A DNA stretch of 29,699 nucleotides, from IMG/VR virus record IMGVR_UViG_3300039191_000510, positions 1 through 29,699 of that record. One strand, given 5' to 3'. How positions within the stretch are numbered: the first letter of the stretch is position 1; the number at the start of each line of letters is the position of its first letter. A program made the position numbers and the translations under genes. Under the pieces are notes generated by a model, which saw nothing but the letters and a program-made list of their open reading frames with translations, ran no database searches and was not told the DNA's origin. The DNA comes from a virus. Taxonomy: Duplodnaviria > Caudoviricetes. This document shows positions 1-7,761 of this stretch, one piece after another.

Positions 1-35
1 GTCGTCGTCGCTTGCTTGTGAAGATGGATCAGCAT
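1..35 (-). CDS. IS481-family transposase, first 11 codons only
   Basis: Translates MLIHLHKQATT..., matching from recall the N-terminus of alphaproteobacterial IS481-family transposases (MLIHLHxQATTTP). Not in the ORF track because it is cut by the window edge. Confidence 0.65.
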   Translation of the reverse strand, partial: MLIHLHKQATT

Positions 36-127
36 TGTCGTCCCCCGTCCCGAAAATCCCTCAGAACAGATCTTGCCATGAACAACGCAGATCGCCGAGG
101 GGAAATGTGATCATCCGGGATGGAACA
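1..127 (-). mobile_element. Left end of an IS481-family insertion sequence (partial, continues left of the window)
   Basis: The minus strand reads TGTTCCATCCCGGATGATCAC from 127 (IS481-family ends start with TGT), then a GGGGGA RBS-like stretch and ATG at 35. The flank GTTAGT (128-133) is one mismatch from the NCTAGN target of IS481. The other end is not visible. Confidence 0.65.
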
Positions 128-215
128 GTTAGTCGTGTTTTTTCGCAATCACTTCGCAGTGACAGGTGCCCCTCACGGGAACATGACCTGGATGGCAAGC
201 TGGGTCGCTCGCGTG

Positions 216-2345
216 CTACCCCCTGAGGCTGCTGAACCGGCCGCGATGGGTTCGCGTTTCGACGACGAGCACGCCATCCTCGATCCCGGCCCGGCGGATC
301 GGCGCCTTGGTCAAGGCGACGCCCAGTGGGCGGCCCGCCTCCGTCAGCACCCGCACGCCCTTGTTCTCGACCAGCAAGACCAAGCCCTCGTCGACCAGCA
401 GGTCGCATTTGGTCGTGCAGTCCTGCAGCCCTACAAGGCAGTCTCCCTCGAGCACGTAAAGCCGAGTGAATGTCTGGATGTAGAGGTAGCGATCCGTCTC
501 CAGGATCCGGACCGGCGCGGTGCCCACATCGTAGAGGGCGATCGGCTTGCCGGAACCATCGATGCGCAGGATCCGCCCTTGGGAGGTTCCCAGCAACACC
601 GTGTTGCCACTCCCCGAGAAAGTCGAAGCCTGAAGGCGGTCAGGACCACCGCCGGTCGTGAAAGTCACGGTGGCGGAGAACGTCAGCAAGTCCTCAGCCC
701 TCCGTTCGCCCTGCAGATCATCGTGTCTGGCCCCGGTCAGCATCTCGTAAGCTGCGTTGACCGCCTTCATCCGCTCCTCGTTACCGGAGTTGAGGTCCGG
801 GTGCAGCTGACGCACCAGGCCGCGGTATTTCTGCCTGATCTCATCCGGCGTTACCGGCAGCGCAAGCTCGAGCTCCTCGAGTGCCTCCTCAATTTCAAGA
901 GCGGTTCCCGTGTGCCCGCCGATGCCGCCCACCTCGAAGGTCTGATGATAGGTTTCCACGGGACGCTCAGGCATGCGAACGCCCCAGAGCCGCTTTCCAT
1001 CCCGGTCGATGCACCAAGCTTCATCTACATGCGTGTAAAGGTAGCGGTCCCGGCTGGGGCTGAGCGCGATGCAGTTGAGCGCCAAATGGGGTTCACCCCA
1101 AAGGATACCGCCTTCCCCACCAAGATCGAGACGGCGGCGCCCTGCTGCGACTTCGGGCGTTGCGGAAAGGTCGGTCTCAAAATCGACTTTCAGGTCTGCA
1201 CCATAGACGGTCAGGATATTCGTTTTCGACCTCGTCGCGAAGCCTTGGCCCTCGGGATGGACATTGAGCGCATAGATAGGGCGCTCCAGTCGTTCGATCA
1301 TCGGGGTTCCGCCCTGCTCGGAGGTGAACATCACTGCGCCTGGCGCACCCAGGCTTGCCTCGGACTTTGCAAGGTCATCGAAGGAAAGGGCTCCGCCGCG
1401 TGTGGTAAAGTGCTTTCGGAAGGCAGGATCCGGGCGATCCGCGGGCGCGATCGCCTCTACGGTGAGTTCGCGCCAAGCGCCTTCGGCATCCTCGAATGTT
1501 TCAGAGGTCGCAGGCAGCGTAACCTGGCTGGTCCAGGCCTCCGGAGATGGTGGCAGCGGCACCAAGGTCAGCTTGTCGAGGTCGAGCTCAATGGGCTTCC
1601 CGGGCTGGGGTCTGGATTGATGAGACCCGGGGCACGGTGGCTCAGTGTAGACCGCTGAAGCGTCCTCGGCGCTCATCTCGACGCCATCTACGTAGAGCGC
1701 GTAGGTCTTGCCGTTCTTGGCGCGGGTGATCTCGCCAGCCTTCTCCAGCCACGAGATCAGGTTGCTGACAAGGCGCCCGTCCTCTGCGCCCACCTCCGAT
1801 TTCATCTTGTTCTGCAAGATGCCAGGCTTCGCTGCGACGGCTTTGCGAATGGCGTCGAAGAGGTCGATGGCGGCGAGATGCTTCTCGGCATCAGCGCGGT
1901 ATTCCTCGAGATGATCGAATTCCGAAACCAAATCATGCAGCATCGCCAATCCATTCTGGTCACCAGTGATGGCAAGCATGGTGCCGCCCTGAGTGAGCGC
2001 GGGCATGTTCAGGCTTAGCCTCTTTCCGTTCCCCCTGGGATCCTCGAGCCAATTGCGAATGAGCGGCAGGCTCTTGCGCGCCGCGGTGGCCGCATCCGGA
2101 TATCTGCGATCCGAGATACTCTCCTGCAGGGCCTGTAATTGGCTGAAGTAAGCCTGCCCCGGCATCTCATAGGATTGTGCCTTAAGGCGCTCCCTCGTTT
2201 CCCGTTCAAAATCCTCGAAGCGGCTCCGGCGCTCACTGCCCGCGCCATCGTCGCCTGAGTCGGTCGCTTCGCGGACCGCGGGGAGGTCCTTGTCGCGCCT
2301 GGCGGCTTTCCCTCCCCCGAATATCTTCCTTAAAATGCCGAACAC
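216..2345 (-). CDS. 709-aa multidomain protein: N-terminal helical and putative winged-helix region, then a beta-propeller-like region with an internal J (DnaJ) domain
   Basis: The J-domain is clear: EEALEELEL..TPDEIRQKYRGLVRQLHPDLNSGNEERMKAVNAAYEML, with HPD at nt 795-803. Flanking segments resemble propeller blades (ALNVHPEGQGFAT, IALSPSRDRYLYT, TFSGSGNTVLLGTSQGRILRID). IRKAVAAKPGILQNKMK..LISWLEKAGEITRAKNGKTYALY resembles a wHTH. GTG start. Confidence 0.85.
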   Translation of the reverse strand: MFGILRKIFGGGKAARRDKDLPAVREATDSGDDGAGSERRSRFEDFERETRERLKAQSYEMPGQAYFSQLQALQESISDRRYPDAATAARKSLPLIRNWLEDPRGNGKRLSLNMPALTQGGTMLAITGDQNGLAMLHDLVSEFDHLEEYRADAEKHLAAIDLFDAIRKAVAAKPGILQNKMKSEVGAEDGRLVSNLISWLEKAGEITRAKNGKTYALYVDGVEMSAEDASAVYTEPPCPGSHQSRPQPGKPIELDLDKLTLVPLPPSPEAWTSQVTLPATSETFEDAEGAWRELTVEAIAPADRPDPAFRKHFTTRGGALSFDDLAKSEASLGAPGAVMFTSEQGGTPMIERLERPIYALNVHPEGQGFATRSKTNILTVYGADLKVDFETDLSATPEVAAGRRRLDLGGEGGILWGEPHLALNCIALSPSRDRYLYTHVDEAWCIDRDGKRLWGVRMPERPVETYHQTFEVGGIGGHTGTALEIEEALEELELALPVTPDEIRQKYRGLVRQLHPDLNSGNEERMKAVNAAYEMLTGARHDDLQGERRAEDLLTFSATVTFTTGGGPDRLQASTFSGSGNTVLLGTSQGRILRIDGSGKPIALYDVGTAPVRILETDRYLYIQTFTRLYVLEGDCLVGLQDCTTKCDLLVDEGLVLLVENKGVRVLTEAGRPLGVALTKAPIRRAGIEDGVLVVETRTHRGRFSSLRG

Positions 2346-2647
2346 CTTGCCCCCACGTGCCTGATCTACTTACGGCGATAGGGCCATCCTCCACTCCGCG
2401 TGTCAATCTCCCGCTCTCAATGAGAGAGGACGCAGAAAATCTTACAAAATCAAATTCCGCAGCCTTTTTCCGCTCTTTGTGAGTGTTTGATGCAGCATGC
2501 TGCGCCTTGATGCGACCGGCAACTTTGGGCTGGCTTTCACTTTTCGCAGCATTTGGCGCGAGCGGCTGGTTAGGAAATCGCAGTGCTTTGGGCCTACCCA
2601 CAGAAAATGGCCGAGTGCCTCGGAGGCAAATCCGATCCCGGCGTTGC

Positions 2648-2678
2648 TTGACAGTCTAATGCCGAATAGCAGATATGT
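2648..2678 (+). promoter_or_regulatory. Putative sigma70 promoter of the umuDC-like operon
   Basis: Perfect TTGACA at 2648-2653 and a weak -10-like AGATATGT starting 17 bp downstream, directly before the LexA box. Confidence 0.55.
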
Positions 2679-2680
2679 GA

Positions 2681-2695
2681 GAACACAACGTGAAC
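2681..2695 (+). promoter_or_regulatory. Alphaproteobacterial LexA (SOS) box GAAC-N7-GAAC
   Basis: GAAC-ACAACGT-GAAC, 16 bp upstream of the umuD ATG. It matches the alphaproteobacterial GTTC-N7-GTTC consensus on the opposite strand. Confidence 0.9.
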
Positions 2696-2711
2696 ATATA
2701 GGGAATCACGG

Positions 2712-3146
2712 ATGCCCGTTTATCCGATAGAAGCGCCCATTCTGCCGGAGGGACAGACAGTTCCAATCCTTCTGCCGCTCGTCAGTGCTGGTTTTCCGTC
2801 ACCCGCGGGAGATGATCTTGAGGATGAGGTCGATCCCATCGCTTGGGTCGTGCGGCATCCTGCATCTACTTTCTGGTGGCGTGTCGAGGGTGACTGCCTA
2901 TGGGACGTTGGTATACGGGACGGCGATTTGATTGCTGTCGATCGCGCAGGCAAGCGGCGTCTCGGCCGTGCAGTCCTTGCGGTGGTCGAAGGGGCAGTGA
3001 CCGCCAAAATCCTCCGCAAGCGTGATGGTAACTACTTCCTCTCACCTGCTAACAGCCAAGAGGCCTTTCCCGACATCAAGCTCACAGAGGACAGTGAGAT
3101 CTGGGGCGTCATCGCAGGTGTTGTGCGAAGGTACGATCTGGCGTGA
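2712..3146 (+). CDS. umuD: UmuD-like S24-family protein (Pol V accessory subunit)
   Basis: Cleavage-site motif [28 protein letters not shown], catalytic Lys in VTAKIL, LSPAN and C-terminal IWGVI. Overlaps umuC (GTGA). Confidence 0.9.
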   Translation: MPVYPIEAPILPEGQTVPILLPLVSAGFPSPAGDDLEDEVDPIAWVVRHPASTFWWRVEGDCLWDVGIRDGDLIAVDRAGKRRLGRAVLAVVEGAVTAKILRKRDGNYFLSPANSQEAFPDIKLTEDSEIWGVIAGVVRRYDLA

Positions 3147-4411
3147 CACGACCCATTGCCATCAGCGATAGCGCAAATTTCTACGTCAGCGCCGAGCGGA
3201 TCTTTGATCCCAGCCTGAAAGGCGTGCCGGTGATCGTGCTGTCGAACAACGATGGCTGCGCTGTCGCACGCAGCGATGAAGCAAAGGCGCTGGGCATCAA
3301 AATGGGCGAGCCTTTACACCTGCTCCGCGACAAGATCGCGGCGTATGGGGTCAGGGTGTTTTCCTCCAACTATACGCTCTATGGCGATATCAGCCGCCGC
3401 GTAGTCGAGGTCTACGAGGACTACACACCAAACGTAGAGATCTATTCGATCGATGAATGCTTCCTCGACTTTGGCGGCTTCAAGGATCGCGTTGTCCATG
3501 CAAGGGCGATGCGCCGTGATGTGCTGCGCCGCGTCGGCATACCTGTGCGGGTTGGCATTGCGACGACCAAGACGCTTGCCAAATGCGCCAACGATATCGC
3601 TAAAAAGAACCCGATCTTTGCGGGCGTGCTGGATATGACTGATCCTGGCTTGGCCGATTGGTTACTGCCGCTCGTGCCAGTTGGAGACATCTGGGGCATT
3701 GGCCGAAAGTCAGCCGCGAAGCTGCAGAGTGTTGGGATCGGCACGGCGGCGGAGCTGCGCGACATGCAACTGCGCCAGGCGCGCGCGCTGGGCACAGTGG
3801 TGCTCGAACGCACGGTGCTTGAGTTGCAAGGAGAGCCCTGTATTGCCTTTGATGAGGTGGAGCCTCAGCGAAAGGGGATGGCCGTCACACGGTCTGCTGG
3901 CAAACCCATGGAGGACTTTAACACGCTGTTCCAAGCAGTCACCGCGCATGCGACGCGCGCCGCTGAAAAGCTACGGCAACACGGACTGGTCGCTGGTACA
4001 TTGACGGTGTTTTTCCATACTAACCGGCACCGCCCCGATCGGCCACAATATGCCGGGTCGCGCTCAATACGCCTGACACCCATGTCCTCTGACACATTGG
4101 AGCTGGTCGGTGCCGCCAGGCGCTGCACGATCGCAGCCTGGCCGAAGATTTATAACCAAACTTACGCCTTTACCAAAGCGGGCGTCATGTTGGATGATCT
4201 GTTACCCTTGGAAGATCGTCCCAGAACGCTCTTTGATGCACCCAGCCGTTCACCTGTCTTGATGACGGCGCTCGACGCGGTAAACAGTCGGTTCGGCAAA
4301 AAGACGATGGTGCTGGCCAGTGAAGGGTTGTCACGCTCTTGGCAGACGCGCGCCAATCATCGCAGCCCGCGCTACACAACGCGGATCTCAGACTTGCCGG
4401 TTGTCAGGTAA
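3143..4411 (+). CDS. umuC: UmuC-like Y-family translesion DNA polymerase
   Basis: Motifs [43 protein letters not shown] and the UmuC-type C-terminal [12 protein letters not shown]. 422 aa. Confidence 0.95.
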   Translation: MTRPIAISDSANFYVSAERIFDPSLKGVPVIVLSNNDGCAVARSDEAKALGIKMGEPLHLLRDKIAAYGVRVFSSNYTLYGDISRRVVEVYEDYTPNVEIYSIDECFLDFGGFKDRVVHARAMRRDVLRRVGIPVRVGIATTKTLAKCANDIAKKNPIFAGVLDMTDPGLADWLLPLVPVGDIWGIGRKSAAKLQSVGIGTAAELRDMQLRQARALGTVVLERTVLELQGEPCIAFDEVEPQRKGMAVTRSAGKPMEDFNTLFQAVTAHATRAAEKLRQHGLVAGTLTVFFHTNRHRPDRPQYAGSRSIRLTPMSSDTLELVGAARRCTIAAWPKIYNQTYAFTKAGVMLDDLLPLEDRPRTLFDAPSRSPVLMTALDAVNSRFGKKTMVLASEGLSRSWQTRANHRSPRYTTRISDLPVVR

Positions 4412-4444
4412 AGCATGACCAAGTGCCTCCCCCCCCCCTGGCAT

Positions 4445-4498
4445 GGTTCCTCCCCGGCCCCAAACGTATACGGGGGGGACGAGCGCGCCATTTCGCTA
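4445..4498 (+). other. Lambda-like cos site (cosQ/cosN-like packaging signal)
   Basis: GGTTCCT-CCCCGG-..-TACG-GGGGGGACGAG-CGCG-CCATTTCGCTA parallels lambda GGGTCCT-TTCCGG-..-TACG-GGGCGGCGACCT-CGCG-GGTTTTCGCTA. It lies upstream of a GpA-type terminase operon. Confidence 0.7.
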
Positions 4499-4503
4499 GC
4501 GAC

Positions 4504-4677
4504 TGGATTCCTCACCGGGGAATCCACCCTGAAGCCACCTGCGGCAACGCCCGAAATTATTCTTCGTGATAACAGAAGTTTGCGCGGCATTTTTTCGTGG
4601 CCAAGGGTGGATTTTACTATTTCAGTCAAGAATCCACCTGAGCCAGTTTGAGGAGGCCACCTGCGCTGGAAGCCACC
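4504..4677. repeat. Cluster of 9-bp GAA(T/G)CCACC-like repeats, candidate cosB/terminase-binding sites
   Basis: GAATCCACC 4520 and 4630; GAAGCCACC 4531 and 4669; GAGGCCACC 4653; inverted GGTGGATTT 4606; inverted partial TGGATTCC 4504. Confidence 0.7.
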
Positions 4678-4783
4678 CCGTTTCAGCAGGTCTCAAGGGG
4701 CTGGACAGAACTTGTTGATTCCAGGTCAAAAAATGGTTTGACATTTCTAGCCCCCTTGACGTACCCCTTGATAATCGAGGAAT

Positions 4784-4821
4784 AGCGTCCGGAGGGAACT
4801 CCTCGCGGGCGTTTTCTTTTT
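4784..4821 (+). terminator. Intrinsic terminator-like hairpin in the leader of the late operon
   Basis: CGTCCG-GAGG-gaact-CCTC-g-CGGGCG (one G-U pair, one bulge) followed by TTTTCTTTTT. Confidence 0.6.
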
Positions 4822-4910
4822 CCCCATAACGCGGATCCCGACTCTGCCGCCGGCCATCCCGGCGGCGCGCATGCGTTTGTCCGCCTTGCCCCAAATCAGA
4901 GACCCGCCCC

Positions 4911-6173
4911 ATGGACCTTGTCTTCGCGCCAAGCGAGATCGAGACGTGGCCGATCGACCGGCTGCGCCCCTATGCCCGCAATGCCAAGATGCACGGCGAC
5001 GACCAGGTGGCGAAGATCGCCTCCAGCATGGCAAAGTTCGGCTGGACAGTGCCCTGCATGGTGGCCGACGATGGCGAGCTGATCGCCGGGCATGGCCGGG
5101 TGCTGGCGGCAACCATGCTGGGGCTGAGCGAGGTGCCGGTGATCCGGCTTGGTCATCTCGACGAGGCGGAACGCCGGGCCTACCGGATCGCCGACAACAA
5201 GCTCACCGAGCTGGGCGAGTGGGACGAGGCTATGCTGCGCGACGAGATCGCGGGGTTGCTGGCAGAGGATTTCGACCTGACGCTGCTGGGCATCACCGAC
5301 GAGGACCTCGATGCGCTGCTGCAGGACCCCGAGGCGCTGGGTGGGGATGGCCCGGTTGAGGGGGAAGACGATGTGCCGGAGGCTCCGGTCACGCCGGTAT
5401 CTGTCGCGGGCGACCTTTGGCAACTCGGTGCGCACCGGCTGATCTGCGGCGACAGCACGTCCGCCGATGTGATCGGACAGCTGCTGGGCGATGTGAAACC
5501 TCAGCTGATGGTCACCGACCCGCCCTATGGCGTCGCGTATGATCCAGGCTGGCGCAACCAGGCGGGCGCGGCCAGCACCAAGCGCACGGGCAAGGTGCTG
5601 AACGACGACCGCGCCGACTGGCGCGAGGCCTGGGCGTTGTTTCCGGGCGATGTCGCCTATGTCTGGCATGGCGCGCTGCATGCCGGAGAGGTGGCCGACA
5701 GCCTGACCGCGTCGGGCTTCGCCATCCGGTCGCAGATCATCTGGGCGAAGGACCGGCTGGTGCTCAGCCGCGGCGATTACCACTGGCAGCACGAGCCCTG
5801 CTGGTATGCCGTGCGCGCAAAGGGAAAGGGGCATTGGGCGGGGGATCGCAAGCAGACGACGCTGTGGCAGATCGCCAGCCGCGATCAGGATGCCGAGACC
5901 GTGCACGGCACGCAGAAGCCAGTGGAGTGCATGCGCCGCCCGATCCTGAACAACTCGGCCCCCGGTCAGGCGGTCTATGAGCCCTTCATGGGATCCGGGA
6001 CCACGCTGATCGCAGTGGAAACCACCGGGCGCGTCTGCTACGGTGTCGAGCTGAACCCGGCCTATGTCGATGTCGCCATCGAGCGTTGGCAAGCCTTCAC
6101 CGGCGAGGACGCGGTCCTGACGGAGACCGGCGAGAGTTTCGTGGCGCTGAAGGCGAAGAGGCTTGCCGCATGA
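4911..6173 (+). CDS. ParB-like N-terminal domain fused to a beta-class amino-DNA methyltransferase (DPPY)
   Basis: ParB-like LRPYARNAK..FGWTVP..IAGHGR..AYRIADNKL; motif IV VTDPPY; HGTQKP; motif I YEPFMGSGTT; GVELNPAYVDV. Confidence 0.93.
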   Translation: MDLVFAPSEIETWPIDRLRPYARNAKMHGDDQVAKIASSMAKFGWTVPCMVADDGELIAGHGRVLAATMLGLSEVPVIRLGHLDEAERRAYRIADNKLTELGEWDEAMLRDEIAGLLAEDFDLTLLGITDEDLDALLQDPEALGGDGPVEGEDDVPEAPVTPVSVAGDLWQLGAHRLICGDSTSADVIGQLLGDVKPQLMVTDPPYGVAYDPGWRNQAGAASTKRTGKVLNDDRADWREAWALFPGDVAYVWHGALHAGEVADSLTASGFAIRSQIIWAKDRLVLSRGDYHWQHEPCWYAVRAKGKGHWAGDRKQTTLWQIASRDQDAETVHGTQKPVECMRRPILNNSAPGQAVYEPFMGSGTTLIAVETTGRVCYGVELNPAYVDVAIERWQAFTGEDAVLTETGESFVALKAKRLAA

Positions 6174-7549
6174 CTGTGCCCCTTCTGCCGGGCCAGATCG
6201 CGCAGTGGCCGTTGGCCAGTCTCAAACCCTATGCGCGCAATGCCAAGACCCACGACGCCGACCAGGTGGCGCGGATCGCCGCAAGCATGGCCGAGTTCGG
6301 CTGGACGGTACCCTGCCTTGTGGCTGCGGACGGCGAGTTGATCGCAGGCCATGGCCGCGTCCTGGCCGCCGCACAGCTGGGGCTGACTGAGGCGCCGGTC
6401 ATCGTGCTGGACCATCTGACCGAGGCGCAGCGTCGGGCCTACCGGATCGCCGACAACAAACTCACCGAGCTCGGCGGCTGGGACGAGGCGCTGCTGCTGG
6501 AAGAACTGCGCGGGTTGCTGGCCGAGGACTTCGATCTCGGGCTGATCGGCATTCCCGAGGACGAGCTGGACGCCCTGCTGCATGATGCCGATGTCGACGA
6601 CCGCGCGCCCATCGACGATGACACCGCGGACACGATCCCCGAGCCCCCGGCCGAGCCGATCACGCGCCCGGGCCACATCTGGGCGTTGGGCGACCACCGG
6701 CTGATCTGCGGCGATGCCACCGATCCGGCGGTGGTGGCGCGGCTGATGCAGAATGAGGCGGCCACACTGGTGTTCACCTCCCCGCCCTACGCGCAGCAGC
6801 GCGACTATGGCGCAGCAAAGGAGAATCTCGGCGATTGGGATGCGCTGATGCAGGGTGTCTTTGTCGCAGTTCCTGTCACGGGTTCCGCTCAGCTTCTGGT
6901 TAATCTCGGCCTGGTCCACCGCGATGGCGAGTGGATCCCGTACTGGGAGGGCTGGGTCGCCTGGATGCGCACGCAAGGGTGGAGACGGTTCGGCTGGTAT
7001 GTGTGGGATCAGGGGCCGGGCCTACCCGGCGACTGGAATGGGCGGCTCGCGCCCTCGCACGAGTTCATCTTCCACTTCAACCGCGCGCCGCGCAAACCGC
7101 ACAAGACCGTGCCCTCCAAGCACGCGGGCGAAACCCTCGGCGGCGGTGGGCTGCGCACGACGGAAGGCCAGGTCAGGCCCAAGACCGGCACCGGCAACGC
7201 GATCCAGAGCCACCGCATTCCCGACAGCGTCTTCCGCGTCATGCGCCACAAGGGCGGGCTGGGGGCCGCCGGAAAACACCCCGCGGTGTTCCCGGTGGCG
7301 CTGGTCGAGGCGGTGCTCACGGCCTTCACCGATCCCGGCGATCTGGTCTGCGAGCCGTTCTGCGGCTCGGGCAGCCAGCTGGTCGCGGCAGAGCGCGCCG
7401 GGCGACGCTGCTACGCGGTCGAGCTGGATCCGGCCTATTGCGATGTGGCCGTGCGGCGCTGGGAATTGGCGACCGGGCGAACAGCCAGTCAGATCCTCGA
7501 ACAAGAGGAGGCAGTGAAACCTGCGCGCCGCAAGAGGACGCGCGCATGA
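6170..7549 (+). CDS. Second ParB-methyltransferase fusion (SPPY, N4-cytosine-like)
   Basis: Start reassigned to ATG 6170 (ATGA overlap with the previous stop). Paralogous ParB domain; FTSPPY; HEFIFHF; HPAVFP; EPFCGSGS. Confidence 0.92.
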   Translation: MTVPLLPGQIAQWPLASLKPYARNAKTHDADQVARIAASMAEFGWTVPCLVAADGELIAGHGRVLAAAQLGLTEAPVIVLDHLTEAQRRAYRIADNKLTELGGWDEALLLEELRGLLAEDFDLGLIGIPEDELDALLHDADVDDRAPIDDDTADTIPEPPAEPITRPGHIWALGDHRLICGDATDPAVVARLMQNEAATLVFTSPPYAQQRDYGAAKENLGDWDALMQGVFVAVPVTGSAQLLVNLGLVHRDGEWIPYWEGWVAWMRTQGWRRFGWYVWDQGPGLPGDWNGRLAPSHEFIFHFNRAPRKPHKTVPSKHAGETLGGGGLRTTEGQVRPKTGTGNAIQSHRIPDSVFRVMRHKGGLGAAGKHPAVFPVALVEAVLTAFTDPGDLVCEPFCGSGSQLVAAERAGRRCYAVELDPAYCDVAVRRWELATGRTASQILEQEEAVKPARRKRTRA

Positions 7550-7761
7550 CGCAGTCGCGCCGCATGTCGCTCATCGAGGCAATAACCAACGTTGCGGTGG
7601 GTTATGCGTTGGCGGTCGCCTCGCAGATCGTGGTGTTCCCATGGTTCGGTGTGCAGGCGAGCCTCGGCGAGAACCTGGCGCTGGGCGGGGTCTTCACCGG
7701 CATATCGCTCCTTCGCAGTTACGCGCTGCGCAGGCTGTTCGAAGCCGCGCAAGGACGATAG
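7546..7761 (+). CDS. Small phage membrane protein, 71 aa (two predicted TM segments)
   Basis: ATGA overlap with MTase 2. MTQSRRMSLIEAITNVAVGYALAVASQIVVFPWFG..GGVFTGISLLRSYALRRLFE has two hydrophobic stretches. It is the C-terminal part of track ORF 6931..7761. Confidence 0.8.
   Translation: MTQSRRMSLIEAITNVAVGYALAVASQIVVFPWFGVQASLGENLALGGVFTGISLLRSYALRRLFEAAQGR

Noticed and set aside
120-1658. 512-aa plus-strand ORF
   Set aside because: It is antisense to the J-domain gene, has no recognisable motif and would start inside the IS end. Typical high-GC shadow ORF.
4429-4478. C10 and G7 homopolymers as a phase-variation switch or hairpin
   Set aside because: They are intergenic, G7 is part of the cosN-like sequence, and no credible ORF or promoter spacing depends on the C run.
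4504-4677. Repeat cluster considered as a CRISPR array or plasmid iterons
   Set aside because: The units are only 9 bp, irregularly spaced and in both orientations, with no cas or rep gene. The cos context explains them better.
4896-7504. Long minus-strand ORFs (398, 304 and 160 aa) opposite the methyltransferases
   Set aside because: Shadow frames of genes with clear catalytic motifs.
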